Of a DNA stretch of 64,000 bases, positions 48,851 through 59,749 are shown one piece after another. The DNA comes from an uncultured Acidobacteriota bacterium (lineage in GTDB: Bacteria; Acidobacteriota; Terriglobia; UBA7540). The notes beneath the pieces are model-generated. The model ran no database searches, had not been told where the DNA came from, and worked only from the letters and a program-made list of their open reading frames with translations. Positions within the stretch are counted from its first letter, which is position 1, and the number at the start of each line of letters is the position of its first letter. A program made the translations under genes and the position numbers. The stretch spans positions 704,001 to 768,000 of the forward strand of contig CAWDSK010000006.1 of the NCBI GenBank assembly GCA_963804995.1, read 5' to 3'.

Positions 48851-50228
48851 TCAGTGGCCCATCTTACCAACTATCTGGTTATAGATCGCGATGACCTGGG
48901 CGTTGTTCGGATCAAGCTGGTAAGCGAGGCGAATCTCCCCGAAACCCTCTGCAAAATTCCCTTTCAGGCACAGCAGCAGGCCAAGGTTGGCATGGGCCAC
49001 CGCAAACTTGGGATCCAAACGAACCGCCTCGCGGTACTCAGTCTCGGCACCGGCGCGGTCTCCCTGCTGGCCGAGCGCCAGACCGAGCATATTGTGGGCA
49101 ATGGCGTTTCCAGGGTTCGAGCCGCACCGTTTCACGGTATTCGTCCGCCGCCGCAGGCAGATTCTTTTGCTGGGCCAGAACCATTCCATGCACCAGGTGT
49201 GGATACGGGGTATTGGGGTTCACATGCATCGCGTACTGAACCTCCGCGTTCGCGCCATTCGTGTCACCCTTGGCGCCGAGGGCGTAGCCCAGATTGGAAT
49301 GGGCCACCACGGAGTCGGGCTGCAAACGCAGCGCTTCCCGATATTCGGCAATGGCGCCATCCCAATCTGCTTTGGCGGCGAGAGCGTTGGCGTAATCATT
49401 GTGCGGAAACCAGGTGTAAGGGTCCAGGTTGAGCGCTTGGCGAAACTCGCTGATGGCGCCATCCGTATCTCTCTTTTCGATGAGCAGAATCTGGGCGCTG
49501 GCGTAATGGCCCGCGGCGCTATCGGGAGCCATAGCGGCGGTCTTGTGCATCTCCGTCATCGCACCCGGCACGTCATGCACGTTATAGAATGAAGCTGCCA
49601 GGATATTCCTGGCTTGCAGGTCCTGAGGATTCAGTCGTAAAGCCTCACGCAACTCGGGGATCGCTGGGGCGGCGTCCCCCCGCAGGGCGAGAGCCAATCC
49701 GAGAGCAGCGTGAGCTTCCGCCGACCGGGGGTCTATCTGTATCGCATTACGATATTCCCCCAGAGCCTCATTCCATTTCTGTTGCTTACATAAGACGCGC
49801 CCTAGACCAACATGCAATGTGCTGTTTTGGGACTGTACGGCCAGCGCCGCGCGGTATTCCTGCTCGGCCTGGGGATAGGATTCCTGCTTTTCGAGTTCCA
49901 TCGCCCGGGCCAGATGCTGTTCCACCTGGAGATCCCCCGCCGGCCGCTGGACAGGAGTGGGATTGCTCCCGGCTCCCCCGGCCTCACGGAGTGCCCGGAG
50001 CAGATCATCCTTCCCTCCCGCGGCGCGCACTTTCCTGAGGTAATCCTCCGCTGGAGTGAAATCGATACCGTTCTCCCCCACCAGCATGGTCACGCGCGAG
50101 CTGGGGACATAATTATTCAGGAGATAGAGAATATCGTCACGGGTCAGTATCTTCTTGGGGGGGTGCGGAGAAGCGGCGATTGCCAGGCTGGCCACCCATA
50201 GAATGACGAAAGCCAAGGAAGTCTTCAC
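48851..50228 (-). CDS. Exported TPR-repeat protein, apparent +1 frameshift near 49114
   Basis: GTG after GGGAGG, signal peptide; TPR repeats to ETVRLEP in ORF 49038 continue as GNAIAHNMLG in ORF 48851. Confidence 0.82.
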
Positions 50229-50747
50229 AGGTTGTACCTCCCAGGTTCTGGAAATGACTCTGCCTTGCCGCAAGGATACGACGGAAGAACCATCGACACA
50301 AGTCCGTGAGAAAGGCCTGAGAAAGCATGGCGGCGACCCTGGTGGCGGGGGGAATACGTTCGCCCTGAAGGATTAATCAGCCACCCCGCTAAGAGTAATC
50401 GCCAATTGCTTCGCGAGGCAATAACGAGGAGGGTTTGCGCAAGTAAAACAACCCGCATTTGCACGTATTTTCCTGTTGATTCTCCGCACCCGGAATGTGC
50501 TAACATTAAAGGCGCTTCAGGGGCCGACTGCCCATTCGTATCAGGACGAGACAAGCCGACCATGCTGCAAAGAATTTCCTAAGTACCGTCCTCTTGAAGG
50601 AGAGGATTGTTTCAGGTTGCTCACGCGGCTTCCGATAACTCCGCTCGCCGAAGCCGCGTGCGAGGCTGAATACAGAAGGTCCCGCGAATTGGCAGTTCCA
50701 GGGAAAGTTTGCTCCAACATCTCAAATACCAGCTCGGAGGGTAAGAA

Positions 50748-51761
50748 ATGAAACGTCTGCTGAAGGTCGCAGGAATGATACTCGTGGTTATTGCTCTTCT
50801 CTTAGTAGGGGCCATCACCATGACCATTGGCTGGCGGCCCTTCCTTGGACCGAAGGTGCGCCCCTTGACCGGAAGGAAATTCGAACGGACACCGGAAAGG
50901 TTGAAGCGCGGAGAGTACATGGTTGAGAACCTGGGGTGCTTTGATTGCCACGGCGAGCACGACTGGACGAAGCACCCGGCTCCCCTGACTGAGGGCACAC
51001 GCGGCGCTGGTTACGCTAACTTTCCCATGGCGGGGTTACCCGGCCGCATTGTTCCCTCCAATATCACTCCGGACCCTGAAACCGGCGCCGGCACTTGGAG
51101 CGACGACCAACTGGCGCGCGCTATCCGCGAAGGCATTGGCCACGACGGGCGAGCGCTCTTCCCCTTGATGCCCTACCAGGCCTTCGCTCACATGTCGGAT
51201 GAAGACCTGGCCTCGGTGATTGTTTATATCCGCTCCATTCCACCTGTGCATAAAGCGCTGCCCCCCACGGAGATTATCTTTCCGGTAAAATACCTCATTC
51301 GTAGCGCGCCGCAACCCATCACCGCACCCGTTCCCCCGCCGGATCTATCCACGCCTGTGAAGCGGGGCGAGTACCTTGTGGCTGTCGCAGCATGCGCCGA
51401 TTGCCACACCCCCCAAGTCAAAGGGCAGCCGGTACCCGGCATGGAATTCGCTGGAGGTTTTATTCTGGATGGACCCTGGGGGCGCGTTGCCAGTGCCAAC
51501 ATCACGCCGGATCCCTCCGGCATTTCCTATTACGACGAGGCCCTGTTTCTTGAGATGATTCGCACGGGATACGTCAAAGCGCGGAAGATTAACCAGATCA
51601 TGCCCTGTGACCATTACCGGAACCTCACCGAGGAAGATTTAAAGAGCATTTTCGCTTACTTGCGCACGCTGAAGCCCGTCAAGCACCGCGTGGACAATAC
51701 GGAGCGACCCGCCCTCTGCAAGATTTGCGGAAGTGTGCATGGGTTGGGAAGTCAGAACTGA
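50748..51761 (+). CDS. Membrane-anchored di-heme cytochrome c
   Basis: N-terminal TM helix; RGEY..CFDCH and RGEYL..CADCH; duplicated NITPDP and MP motifs. Confidence 0.88.
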   Translation: MKRLLKVAGMILVVIALLLVGAITMTIGWRPFLGPKVRPLTGRKFERTPERLKRGEYMVENLGCFDCHGEHDWTKHPAPLTEGTRGAGYANFPMAGLPGRIVPSNITPDPETGAGTWSDDQLARAIREGIGHDGRALFPLMPYQAFAHMSDEDLASVIVYIRSIPPVHKALPPTEIIFPVKYLIRSAPQPITAPVPPPDLSTPVKRGEYLVAVAACADCHTPQVKGQPVPGMEFAGGFILDGPWGRVASANITPDPSGISYYDEALFLEMIRTGYVKARKINQIMPCDHYRNLTEEDLKSIFAYLRTLKPVKHRVDNTERPALCKICGSVHGLGSQN

Positions 51762-51878
51762 TCCGAGCTTCGCCTGACTCATGGTGCTTCTGCCGCAAAG
51801 CCCCCCGCTGGAGGTCTCCCCTGCGGCCGCACACCTTAAGATTGTGTGTTAGCATAGATCGACACACAGGAGGATCGC

Positions 51879-53552
<1,674 letters not shown>

Positions 53553-53560
53553 TCATAACG

Positions 53561-53595
53561 GATTTTGGATTTTAGATTTTGGATTTTGGATTGAA
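53561..53595. repeat. GATTTTG heptamer array upstream of the four-helix-bundle gene
   Basis: gattttg gatttta gattttg gattttg gattgaa. Confidence 0.85.
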
Positions 53596-53642
53596 GAATT
53601 TTGCTTGGGATTTGGGTTCTTATCCCTTCCGAACGCACTGCT

Positions 53643-53996
53643 ATGGACGAGCAAACATTTAAGAACAGGACCAAGCGGTTTGCTTTGGAAGTCATCCGAT
53701 TGCTTGAATCGCTCCCGCGTAACAGGACTACCGAAGTGATCGGACGGCAATTGTTGCGCGCGGGGACTTCGGTCGGAGCGAATTACCGTGCGGCGTGCCG
53801 AGGGAAATCGATTTCTGACGTCGTCGCCAAGCTCGGAATTGTCGAAGAGGAGGCGGACGAGTCAATCTATTGGATGGAATTACTAATTGACGCGGGGGTA
53901 ATTGCACCGAATCGCGTAGATGCCATCAAGAAAGAAGCCAATGAGCTACTCGCCATGACGGTTGCATCCATCAAGACCCTGCGCACCCGCAGATAG
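53643..53996 (+). CDS. Four-helix-bundle protein (23S rRNA IVP-like family)
   Basis: RTKRFALEVIRL, IGRQLLRAGTSVGANYRAACRGKS, KLGIVEEEADESIYWMELL, EANELLA. Confidence 0.9.
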   Translation: MDEQTFKNRTKRFALEVIRLLESLPRNRTTEVIGRQLLRAGTSVGANYRAACRGKSISDVVAKLGIVEEEADESIYWMELLIDAGVIAPNRVDAIKKEANELLAMTVASIKTLRTRR

Positions 53997-54017
53997 CGTC
54001 TAGAAGTGAGATCGATT

Positions 54018-54042
54018 AATCCAAAATCGAAAATCCAAAATC
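54018..54042. repeat. CAAAATC heptamer array downstream of the four-helix-bundle gene (inverted to 53561-53595)
   Basis: aatc caaaatc gaaaatc caaaatc. Confidence 0.85.
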
Positions 54043-54051
54043 AGGTGCCCC

Positions 54052-54954
54052 ATGCCTCTATACCAAGCCATCGTTCTTGCCATCGTGCAAGGTCTGACAG
54101 AGTTCCTCCCGGTTTCGAGCACGGCGCACCTTTGGTTGGTTCCGTGGCTCCTGCAATGGAAAGATCCGGGCCTCACCTTTGACATCGCTCTGCACGCAGG
54201 GACGCTCGTCGCTGTACTCGGCTATTTCTGGCGCTATTGGCTCGAGATGGTCAAGATGGTGTTGGGAATCAGCGGGGGCAATACCCACACGGCGGCGGCG
54301 TCTGGCACAACGGCTGCTCTGAATCCAAAATCCAAAATCGAAAATCCAAAATCAGCGGCGGGCCCCATCGCATTGCTCGGGGAGAACCGCCAACTCTTCT
54401 GGTTCCTGGTCATTGCCACGATCCCTGCAGGGATTGCAGGATGGCTCTTTGAGCACGCCGCGGATGAGCAATTGCGCTCGCCGATCATCGTCGGCTCCGC
54501 GCTCATCATCGTGGGTCTGATAATGGGTGCAGGAGAGCGGGTCGGTCGCCGCGAGCACGACCTGGGTCACGTGGGACTGGTGGATTCCATCATCGTCGGC
54601 GTGGCGCAGGCATTTTCCGTGATCCCGGGCGTTTCGCGTTCGGGCTCGACCATGGCCGCGGGCCTGTTTCGCAACATGAAGCGCGAGACGGCGGCGCGCT
54701 TTTCCTTTCTGCTCTCCACCCCCATTATCGCGGGCGCGGCTCTCAAAAAAGGACTGGAGATTCACCATGCCGGCCTGCCCGCGGACATGCGCCTGCCCTT
54801 CCTGGTGGGCATTATGGTATCGGCAGTCGTCGGATATCTGGTCATTGCCGTACTCATTCGTTTCCTCGAGCGCCGGACCTTCACAGTTTTCGTTGTTTAC
54901 CGGATTGTATTAGGCGTGATAATATTGCTCCTTGGATGGGGATTGCGTCACTAA
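54052..54954 (+). CDS. uppP: Undecaprenyl-diphosphate phosphatase (BacA family)
   Basis: VQGLTEFLPVSSTAHL, FDIALHAGT, ATIPAG, IPGVSRSGST, AARFSFLLS. Confidence 0.96.
   Translation: MPLYQAIVLAIVQGLTEFLPVSSTAHLWLVPWLLQWKDPGLTFDIALHAGTLVAVLGYFWRYWLEMVKMVLGISGGNTHTAAASGTTAALNPKSKIENPKSAAGPIALLGENRQLFWFLVIATIPAGIAGWLFEHAADEQLRSPIIVGSALIIVGLIMGAGERVGRREHDLGHVGLVDSIIVGVAQAFSVIPGVSRSGSTMAAGLFRNMKRETAARFSFLLSTPIIAGAALKKGLEIHHAGLPADMRLPFLVGIMVSAVVGYLVIAVLIRFLERRTFTVFVVYRIVLGVIILLLGWGLRH
54322..54353. repeat. CAAAATC heptamer array inside uppP, reading frame preserved
   Basis: aatc caaaatc caaaatc gaaaatc caaaatc encodes NPKSKIENPKS. Confidence 0.85.
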
Positions 54955-55068
54955 CTGGCAGGTTCCAGGGTTAGGTGTCGGGGTCAAGCGCCAGCTTTTT
55001 TCTGACACCACGCACCCGGGACCGTGCAGTTTATTCTACAGACGCCGGTTCATAAAGTGAGGCACCCC

Positions 55069-57456
55069 ATGGGAAGCCCAGTCCGGGCATCTTCCTCCAA
55101 GGCCAGAGAAACAAACTCCAAGAACCCGAAAACTCCCCTGCTGGACGCGCGGCGCCTTTCCGAACTTATGGGATTGCTCACCGCTGTGGCCGGCTTGCTG
55201 ATCCTGCTGAGTCTGGCTTCTTTCCTGCCTCAAGACCCATCGCTCGATACGGCGGTAGCCACCGGGAGCTTGCCGCATAACTGGATTGGCCCGGTGGGCG
55301 CGTTCGTTGCGGACGGACTGTTTCAGGGTTTTGGCTGGGTCGCCTATTTTGTTCCGCTGATCCTGCTGGTGATGGGCACACGCTGGCTGATGGGCCGTCC
55401 GTTCCATGCCCCGGGCACGAAGGCCTTGGGCGCGGGCATGCTCGTGGTGTCACTTGACGCCCTGCTCGAAATTTTTCCCTACACCCCGGCCATTCACGGG
55501 GCGGTGCGAGGCAGCGGCGTGCTGGGGTATCTCGGCGCGGCTGGGTTAATTCACACCTTCAACCGCGTAGGGGCGGGCATCGTGGCCGCGACAGTCTTCC
55601 TGACATCGCTGTTCTTGGTCACGCGATTCTCCTTCGGCTGGGCGGTGGAGTTCCTGAAGAACCGTTGGAGCGGTACGGTAGCCCCACTTAAAGCCCGCTG
55701 GGAGGTTTGGAAAAAAGCGCGAGCGGCCCGAGCCGCCGAGCGTCAGCGGAAACAAATGGAACGGCAACGCGTCATCGGTAAGCCGCCGGTCGTGCTGCAA
55801 AAGGTGGCGGGCGGACCGCCAGTCGCAGTTCGACCCACCACCCCACCGCCGGCAAGCACGCCTTTCATTGTTCCCTCGAGCAAGGGTGAGTCGGCGGAAA
55901 AACCCACGCTTGTGCCTATGGTCCGTACGCCCAAGGCTGCGCTGGGCATCACCCCGCCCAAGATTGTGGGACGCGGACTGCATGGCTACAAGTTGCCGAG
56001 CGCCACCCTGCTACGGCCTCCGGATGATGCGGAAGGAATTGATGAAGATGAATTGAAGGAACGCGCCGTCCGCCTGACCGAAAAGTTCCGCGAGTTCGGT
56101 GTCACCGGCAGCGTCACGCAGATTCATCCGGGGCCGGTAGTAACCACTTACGAATTCAAGCCGGAAGCCGGAATCAAGTACAGCCGCATTACGAACCTGG
56201 TGGACGATCTGTGCCTCGCCATGAAGGCCGAATCGATTCTCATTGACCGCATTCCGGGCAAATCCACGGTAGGCATCGAAGTCCCGAACCTCCATCGCGA
56301 GATCATTCACCTGCGCGAGCTCATTGAGTCGAGCGAGTTCGCGACCACGGCCTCCAAGCTCAGCGTAGGCCTGGGGAAAGACATCACCGGCAAGATCCGC
56401 ATCGGTGACCTGACCCAGATGCCGCACCTGCTGATCGCCGGCTCAACCGGGGCCGGCAAGAGCGTGGCGATCAACTCCATGGTGGTCTCCATCCTTTACA
56501 AGTCCACGCCGGACGAAGTGAAGCTGATTCTGATTGACCCCAAGCGCCTGGAGTTGAATCTCTATGACGGGGTTCCGCATCTGCTCACGCCCATCGTCAC
56601 CGAACCCAAGCAGGCGGCCAATGCCCTGCGCCGCGCCGTGATGGAAATGGACGAGCGGCTGAGAAAGCTGGCTGAGCACGGGGTGCGCAACATCGACCAA
56701 TACAACAAGATGTTTGAACCCGAGGCGACCCTGAACCTTTTTGACACTAACGGCGAGCGCGAGCGTCCCCTGCCCTACATCGTGATCGTCATCGATGAAC
56801 TCGCCGACTTGATGATGGTGGAGCCCCAAGGTGTGGAGGAATCCATTACCCGCCTGGCCCAGATGGCGCGCGCCGTGGGCATCCACCTGATCCTGGCCAC
56901 GCAGCGGCCGTCCGTGGATGTGATTACGGGCTTGATCAAAGCCAACATGCCATCGCGAATCTCTTTCCGCGTCGCCTCCAAGGTGGACTCCCGCACGATC
57001 CTGGATGCGAACGGCGCTGAAGCCCTGTTGGGGCGTGGCGATATGCTGTTCCTGCCGCCCGGCAGCGCCCGTCTGCAACGGCTGCATGGGGCGCTGATCA
57101 CCGAGCAGGAAATCGGCAAAGTGGTGGATTGGTGGAAGTCACAGTCGCAGCCACAATACAATGAGGAGTTCCTGGAACCGATTCGCGACAAGGATCAAGA
57201 AGACCTGCCGGAGGACGATGAGGAAGCCGCCGAATTGGATTCCGTCTATGAGGAGGCTGTGCGCATCGTGGTGGAATCCGGTAAAGCTTCCACCTCCCTG
57301 TTGCAACGCCGCCTGCGCCTGGGATATGGGCGCGCCGCGCGACTCATCGACATGATGCAAAAAGACGGCATTGTCAGCTCACCAGATGGCTCGCGTCCGC
57401 GCGAAGTCCTGAAGCGCCCGGATTGGGTGCGCGAGGTCGATGAGTCCATACGCTGA
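55069..57456 (+). CDS. ftsK: DNA translocase FtsK
   Basis: 4-TM N-terminus; GPVVTTYE, PHLLIAGSTGAGKS, IDPKRLEL, VIDELADLM, LATQRPSVDV, gamma domain LQRRLRLGYGRAARLID. Confidence 0.96.
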   Translation: MGSPVRASSSKARETNSKNPKTPLLDARRLSELMGLLTAVAGLLILLSLASFLPQDPSLDTAVATGSLPHNWIGPVGAFVADGLFQGFGWVAYFVPLILLVMGTRWLMGRPFHAPGTKALGAGMLVVSLDALLEIFPYTPAIHGAVRGSGVLGYLGAAGLIHTFNRVGAGIVAATVFLTSLFLVTRFSFGWAVEFLKNRWSGTVAPLKARWEVWKKARAARAAERQRKQMERQRVIGKPPVVLQKVAGGPPVAVRPTTPPPASTPFIVPSSKGESAEKPTLVPMVRTPKAALGITPPKIVGRGLHGYKLPSATLLRPPDDAEGIDEDELKERAVRLTEKFREFGVTGSVTQIHPGPVVTTYEFKPEAGIKYSRITNLVDDLCLAMKAESILIDRIPGKSTVGIEVPNLHREIIHLRELIESSEFATTASKLSVGLGKDITGKIRIGDLTQMPHLLIAGSTGAGKSVAINSMVVSILYKSTPDEVKLILIDPKRLELNLYDGVPHLLTPIVTEPKQAANALRRAVMEMDERLRKLAEHGVRNIDQYNKMFEPEATLNLFDTNGERERPLPYIVIVIDELADLMMVEPQGVEESITRLAQMARAVGIHLILATQRPSVDVITGLIKANMPSRISFRVASKVDSRTILDANGAEALLGRGDMLFLPPGSARLQRLHGALITEQEIGKVVDWWKSQSQPQYNEEFLEPIRDKDQEDLPEDDEEAAELDSVYEEAVRIVVESGKASTSLLQRRLRLGYGRAARLIDMMQKDGIVSSPDGSRPREVLKRPDWVREVDESIR

Positions 57457-57642
57457 CGCCGTGGCCGTTGAATTACCAGTAGGTGTGCAAGTAGGCATCT
57501 ATCCCGCGCTTTGATACAGTTTAATCGAGATTTCCTCTTGAGCCGGGCGCCTTACCAATGGTATGAAAGTATTTGGTGAGATGGCCGCGCGTGCCAGGCG
57601 CGGCAACCTCCCTCCTGTTACTCCGCCGAAGAAGGAGTAGGC

Positions 57643-57990
57643 GTGCCCTCAGCCACTCAGCCCTATCCTCAACAGAGACGCTCCTCGCGACTCCTCTTCC
57701 GCTGCCACGTTGAGATCAGCGGATATGATCCTGAGGGCAATAAGTTCACCGAAAATAGTGTAACCGTCAGCATCGGGAAATTTGGGGCGTCACTCAAAAC
57801 CGCTCGTGAGTATTCTATGGGCCAGATCGTCACGGTTTTCACCAAAGAGTCGCGCCATGTCGGTCAGTTTCAGGTGGTGTGGATTGGCATGCCCGGCACC
57901 CGCGAGGCTGGGCAGATCGGGATTGAGCTGCTCGATGCCCGCCGCTTCTGGGGAATTGAGTTTCCCCCCGAAGACTGGGGAGCACGTTAG
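57643..57990 (+). CDS. PilZ-like domain protein
   Basis: GTG after AAGGAG; RRSSR motif, TVSIGKFGASL, VVW..G...GIEL...FWGIEFP. Confidence 0.7.
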   Translation: MPSATQPYPQQRRSSRLLFRCHVEISGYDPEGNKFTENSVTVSIGKFGASLKTAREYSMGQIVTVFTKESRHVGQFQVVWIGMPGTREAGQIGIELLDARRFWGIEFPPEDWGAR

Positions 57991-58193
57991 TGTGGTGTCC
58001 CGGTTAATATTTGACAAGGCTGTCCGACCCCCTCACCCCCCAGCCCCTCTCCCCCAAAGGGGCGAGGGGAGAGTTAATTCTCTTGCCCTCGCCCCTTTGG
58101 GGGAGAGGGTGGCTGGCCGAGGCGTTCTCATCAGCCGAGGCCAGACGGGTGAGGGGGTTCTACCCATTGTCAACTCTAGCACGGGACACCACA
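57991..58193. mobile_element. MITE-like element (203 bp) carrying an R2 REP hairpin
   Basis: 27-bp imperfect TIRs tgtggtgtcccggttaatatttgacaa / ttgtcaactctagcacgggacaccaca, flanked by TTAG and CTAG; internal ccctctcccccaaaggggcgagg / cctcgcccctttgggggagaggg inverted repeat. Confidence 0.75.
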
Positions 58194-58373
58194 CTAGATT
58201 CCCCGCTCCCGCCTTAATGTGTGGAGTCCCGCCCCTCACCCCTCAGAGTCAGATTCTTGACAGGAAACCAAATCCGTCTGAGAATGTTTGCTCAGACCTG
58301 AAGATGCCCTTCGAAGCGTCTGGCCAATAATCCAGCGTGCTCTCGAGCGCTTCAGTTAGTCCACGATTCGCGT

Positions 58374-58449
58374 GCCGCGGTAGCTCAGGTGGTAGAGCGC
58401 AGCCCTGAAAAGGCTGGCGTCGGCGGTTCAACTCCGTCCCGCGGCACCA
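58374..58449 (+). tRNA. tRNA-Phe (GAA)
   Basis: 76 nt; acceptor GCCGCGG/CCGCGGC, D arm TAGCTCAGGTGGTAGAGC, anticodon stem CAGCC/GGCTG with loop CTGAAAA, T loop GGTTCAACTCC, encoded CCA. Confidence 0.96.
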
Positions 58450-58485
58450 TATTTTCAAACACTTAGCAAGGCTCCACTTCCCATT

Positions 58486-58505
58486 TTGCTTCCAATTGCT
58501 TCCAA
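58486..58505. promoter_or_regulatory. Putative integrase arm-type binding sites
   Basis: Tandem TTGCTTCCAA TTGCTTCCAA between tRNA and integrase stop, preceded by IHF-like tttcaaacactta. Confidence 0.5.
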
Positions 58506-58506
58506 T

Positions 58507-59685
58507 TCAGTTCACCCTTTGCCCGATCTGACGTGTCTCACCTAGCTTTTCTACGACTCGCTTCTGCGACTCGGGAACGAACTGCTGGTAAATATCCAGT
58601 GTCGTGCTTGCCCGGGAGTGCCGCATCTGCGCCTGCGCGTCCTTCACGTCGGCTCCCGCTAACTTGAGCCAAGTCGCGTGGGAGGTTCGCAGACAGCGCC
58701 AGTTTACCCAAGGCAAACCCAGACTACGGGCAGCAGGCTTGAGGAACCGGCTCAGGATGTTGTTATCACGAATGGGCTTGCCATCCTTGACCGATTGAAA
58801 CAGTAAATCATCCGGGCCAGAAGATTTCACGACCCGGTATTTCCGTACCGCACGGCCTGCCCTCACCTCAACGGTCAGCAACTTGAGGCGGTGAATTCGC
58901 TCGATAACGCAACCTTTGACTCCGATCGTGGCATTGGAGGCTTCACTCTTCGGCGCCCCCCAATCACCACGGCAGTACCTTTCGTCAACGGTAATCGAAT
59001 CGGGGTGAACGTCGTTCCACCGCAGCCCCGCCAATTCACTCACCCGAAGCCCTGTGTAGATGGCAACAAAGACGATCGTCGCGTAAGGTTCCGGTATTTT
59101 CGCCAGCAGCGCTTCGAACTGCTCGAACGTGACCACCGGTTTCGAGTGGCGCTTGCCCCGCCGCTCGGGCGGCAGGCGTACACCCTCCACCGGGTTCTTA
59201 ACCAGTAATCCATACTGAACGGCTGAACCGAGAATGCTGGAGAGCACATCCCGGATTTTATCCTTCGACTCGTGGGACAACGATGAAGCCGCCAGGTTCG
59301 AGATATAGCGCTGGATGTTTAAGGTTGTGAGGTCCCGCAAACAGAGATCGCCGAATGCGGGTAGAAGATAGTTCCCGATGACGCCCTGATAGCGGTCCTG
59401 CGTGCTCTTGGCCATCAACGGCATCACCACCGGGATGTAGGTCTCGTCCACGTACATGGTGAAGTTCGTAGCCGAGCCAATGCTTTCAAGGCCCTGGTTG
59501 AGCGGCCGAAGCAGTTCGGCCGCAATTTTCTTGATTTCTCGTTCTCGCATGGATGATGCTGCCAGCTTTGCCCAAACCTTTTTGCGCTTGGGACTGCCAC
59601 CGCTGAGATCATCCCGCCAGTACTGAAGATACCACCACGCCCCGCGCCTGAAAGGCTTGGGGTTCTGAAATCTCCGGCGTGCCAT
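58507..59685 (-). CDS. Tyrosine recombinase / phage-type integrase
   Basis: TGLRVSELAGLRW, PKS, WRCLRTSHATWL, AQMRHS, TTLDIY; adjacent to tRNA-Phe. Confidence 0.92.
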   Translation of the reverse strand: MARRRFQNPKPFRRGAWWYLQYWRDDLSGGSPKRKKVWAKLAASSMREREIKKIAAELLRPLNQGLESIGSATNFTMYVDETYIPVVMPLMAKSTQDRYQGVIGNYLLPAFGDLCLRDLTTLNIQRYISNLAASSLSHESKDKIRDVLSSILGSAVQYGLLVKNPVEGVRLPPERRGKRHSKPVVTFEQFEALLAKIPEPYATIVFVAIYTGLRVSELAGLRWNDVHPDSITVDERYCRGDWGAPKSEASNATIGVKGCVIERIHRLKLLTVEVRAGRAVRKYRVVKSSGPDDLLFQSVKDGKPIRDNNILSRFLKPAARSLGLPWVNWRCLRTSHATWLKLAGADVKDAQAQMRHSRASTTLDIYQQFVPESQKRVVEKLGETRQIGQRVN

Positions 59686-59749
59686 CCGCTCAAAGTCTCC
59701 TCTCAGCGGGACGCCGGTGTTTGCCTCGGATGGAACGATATCACACTCC

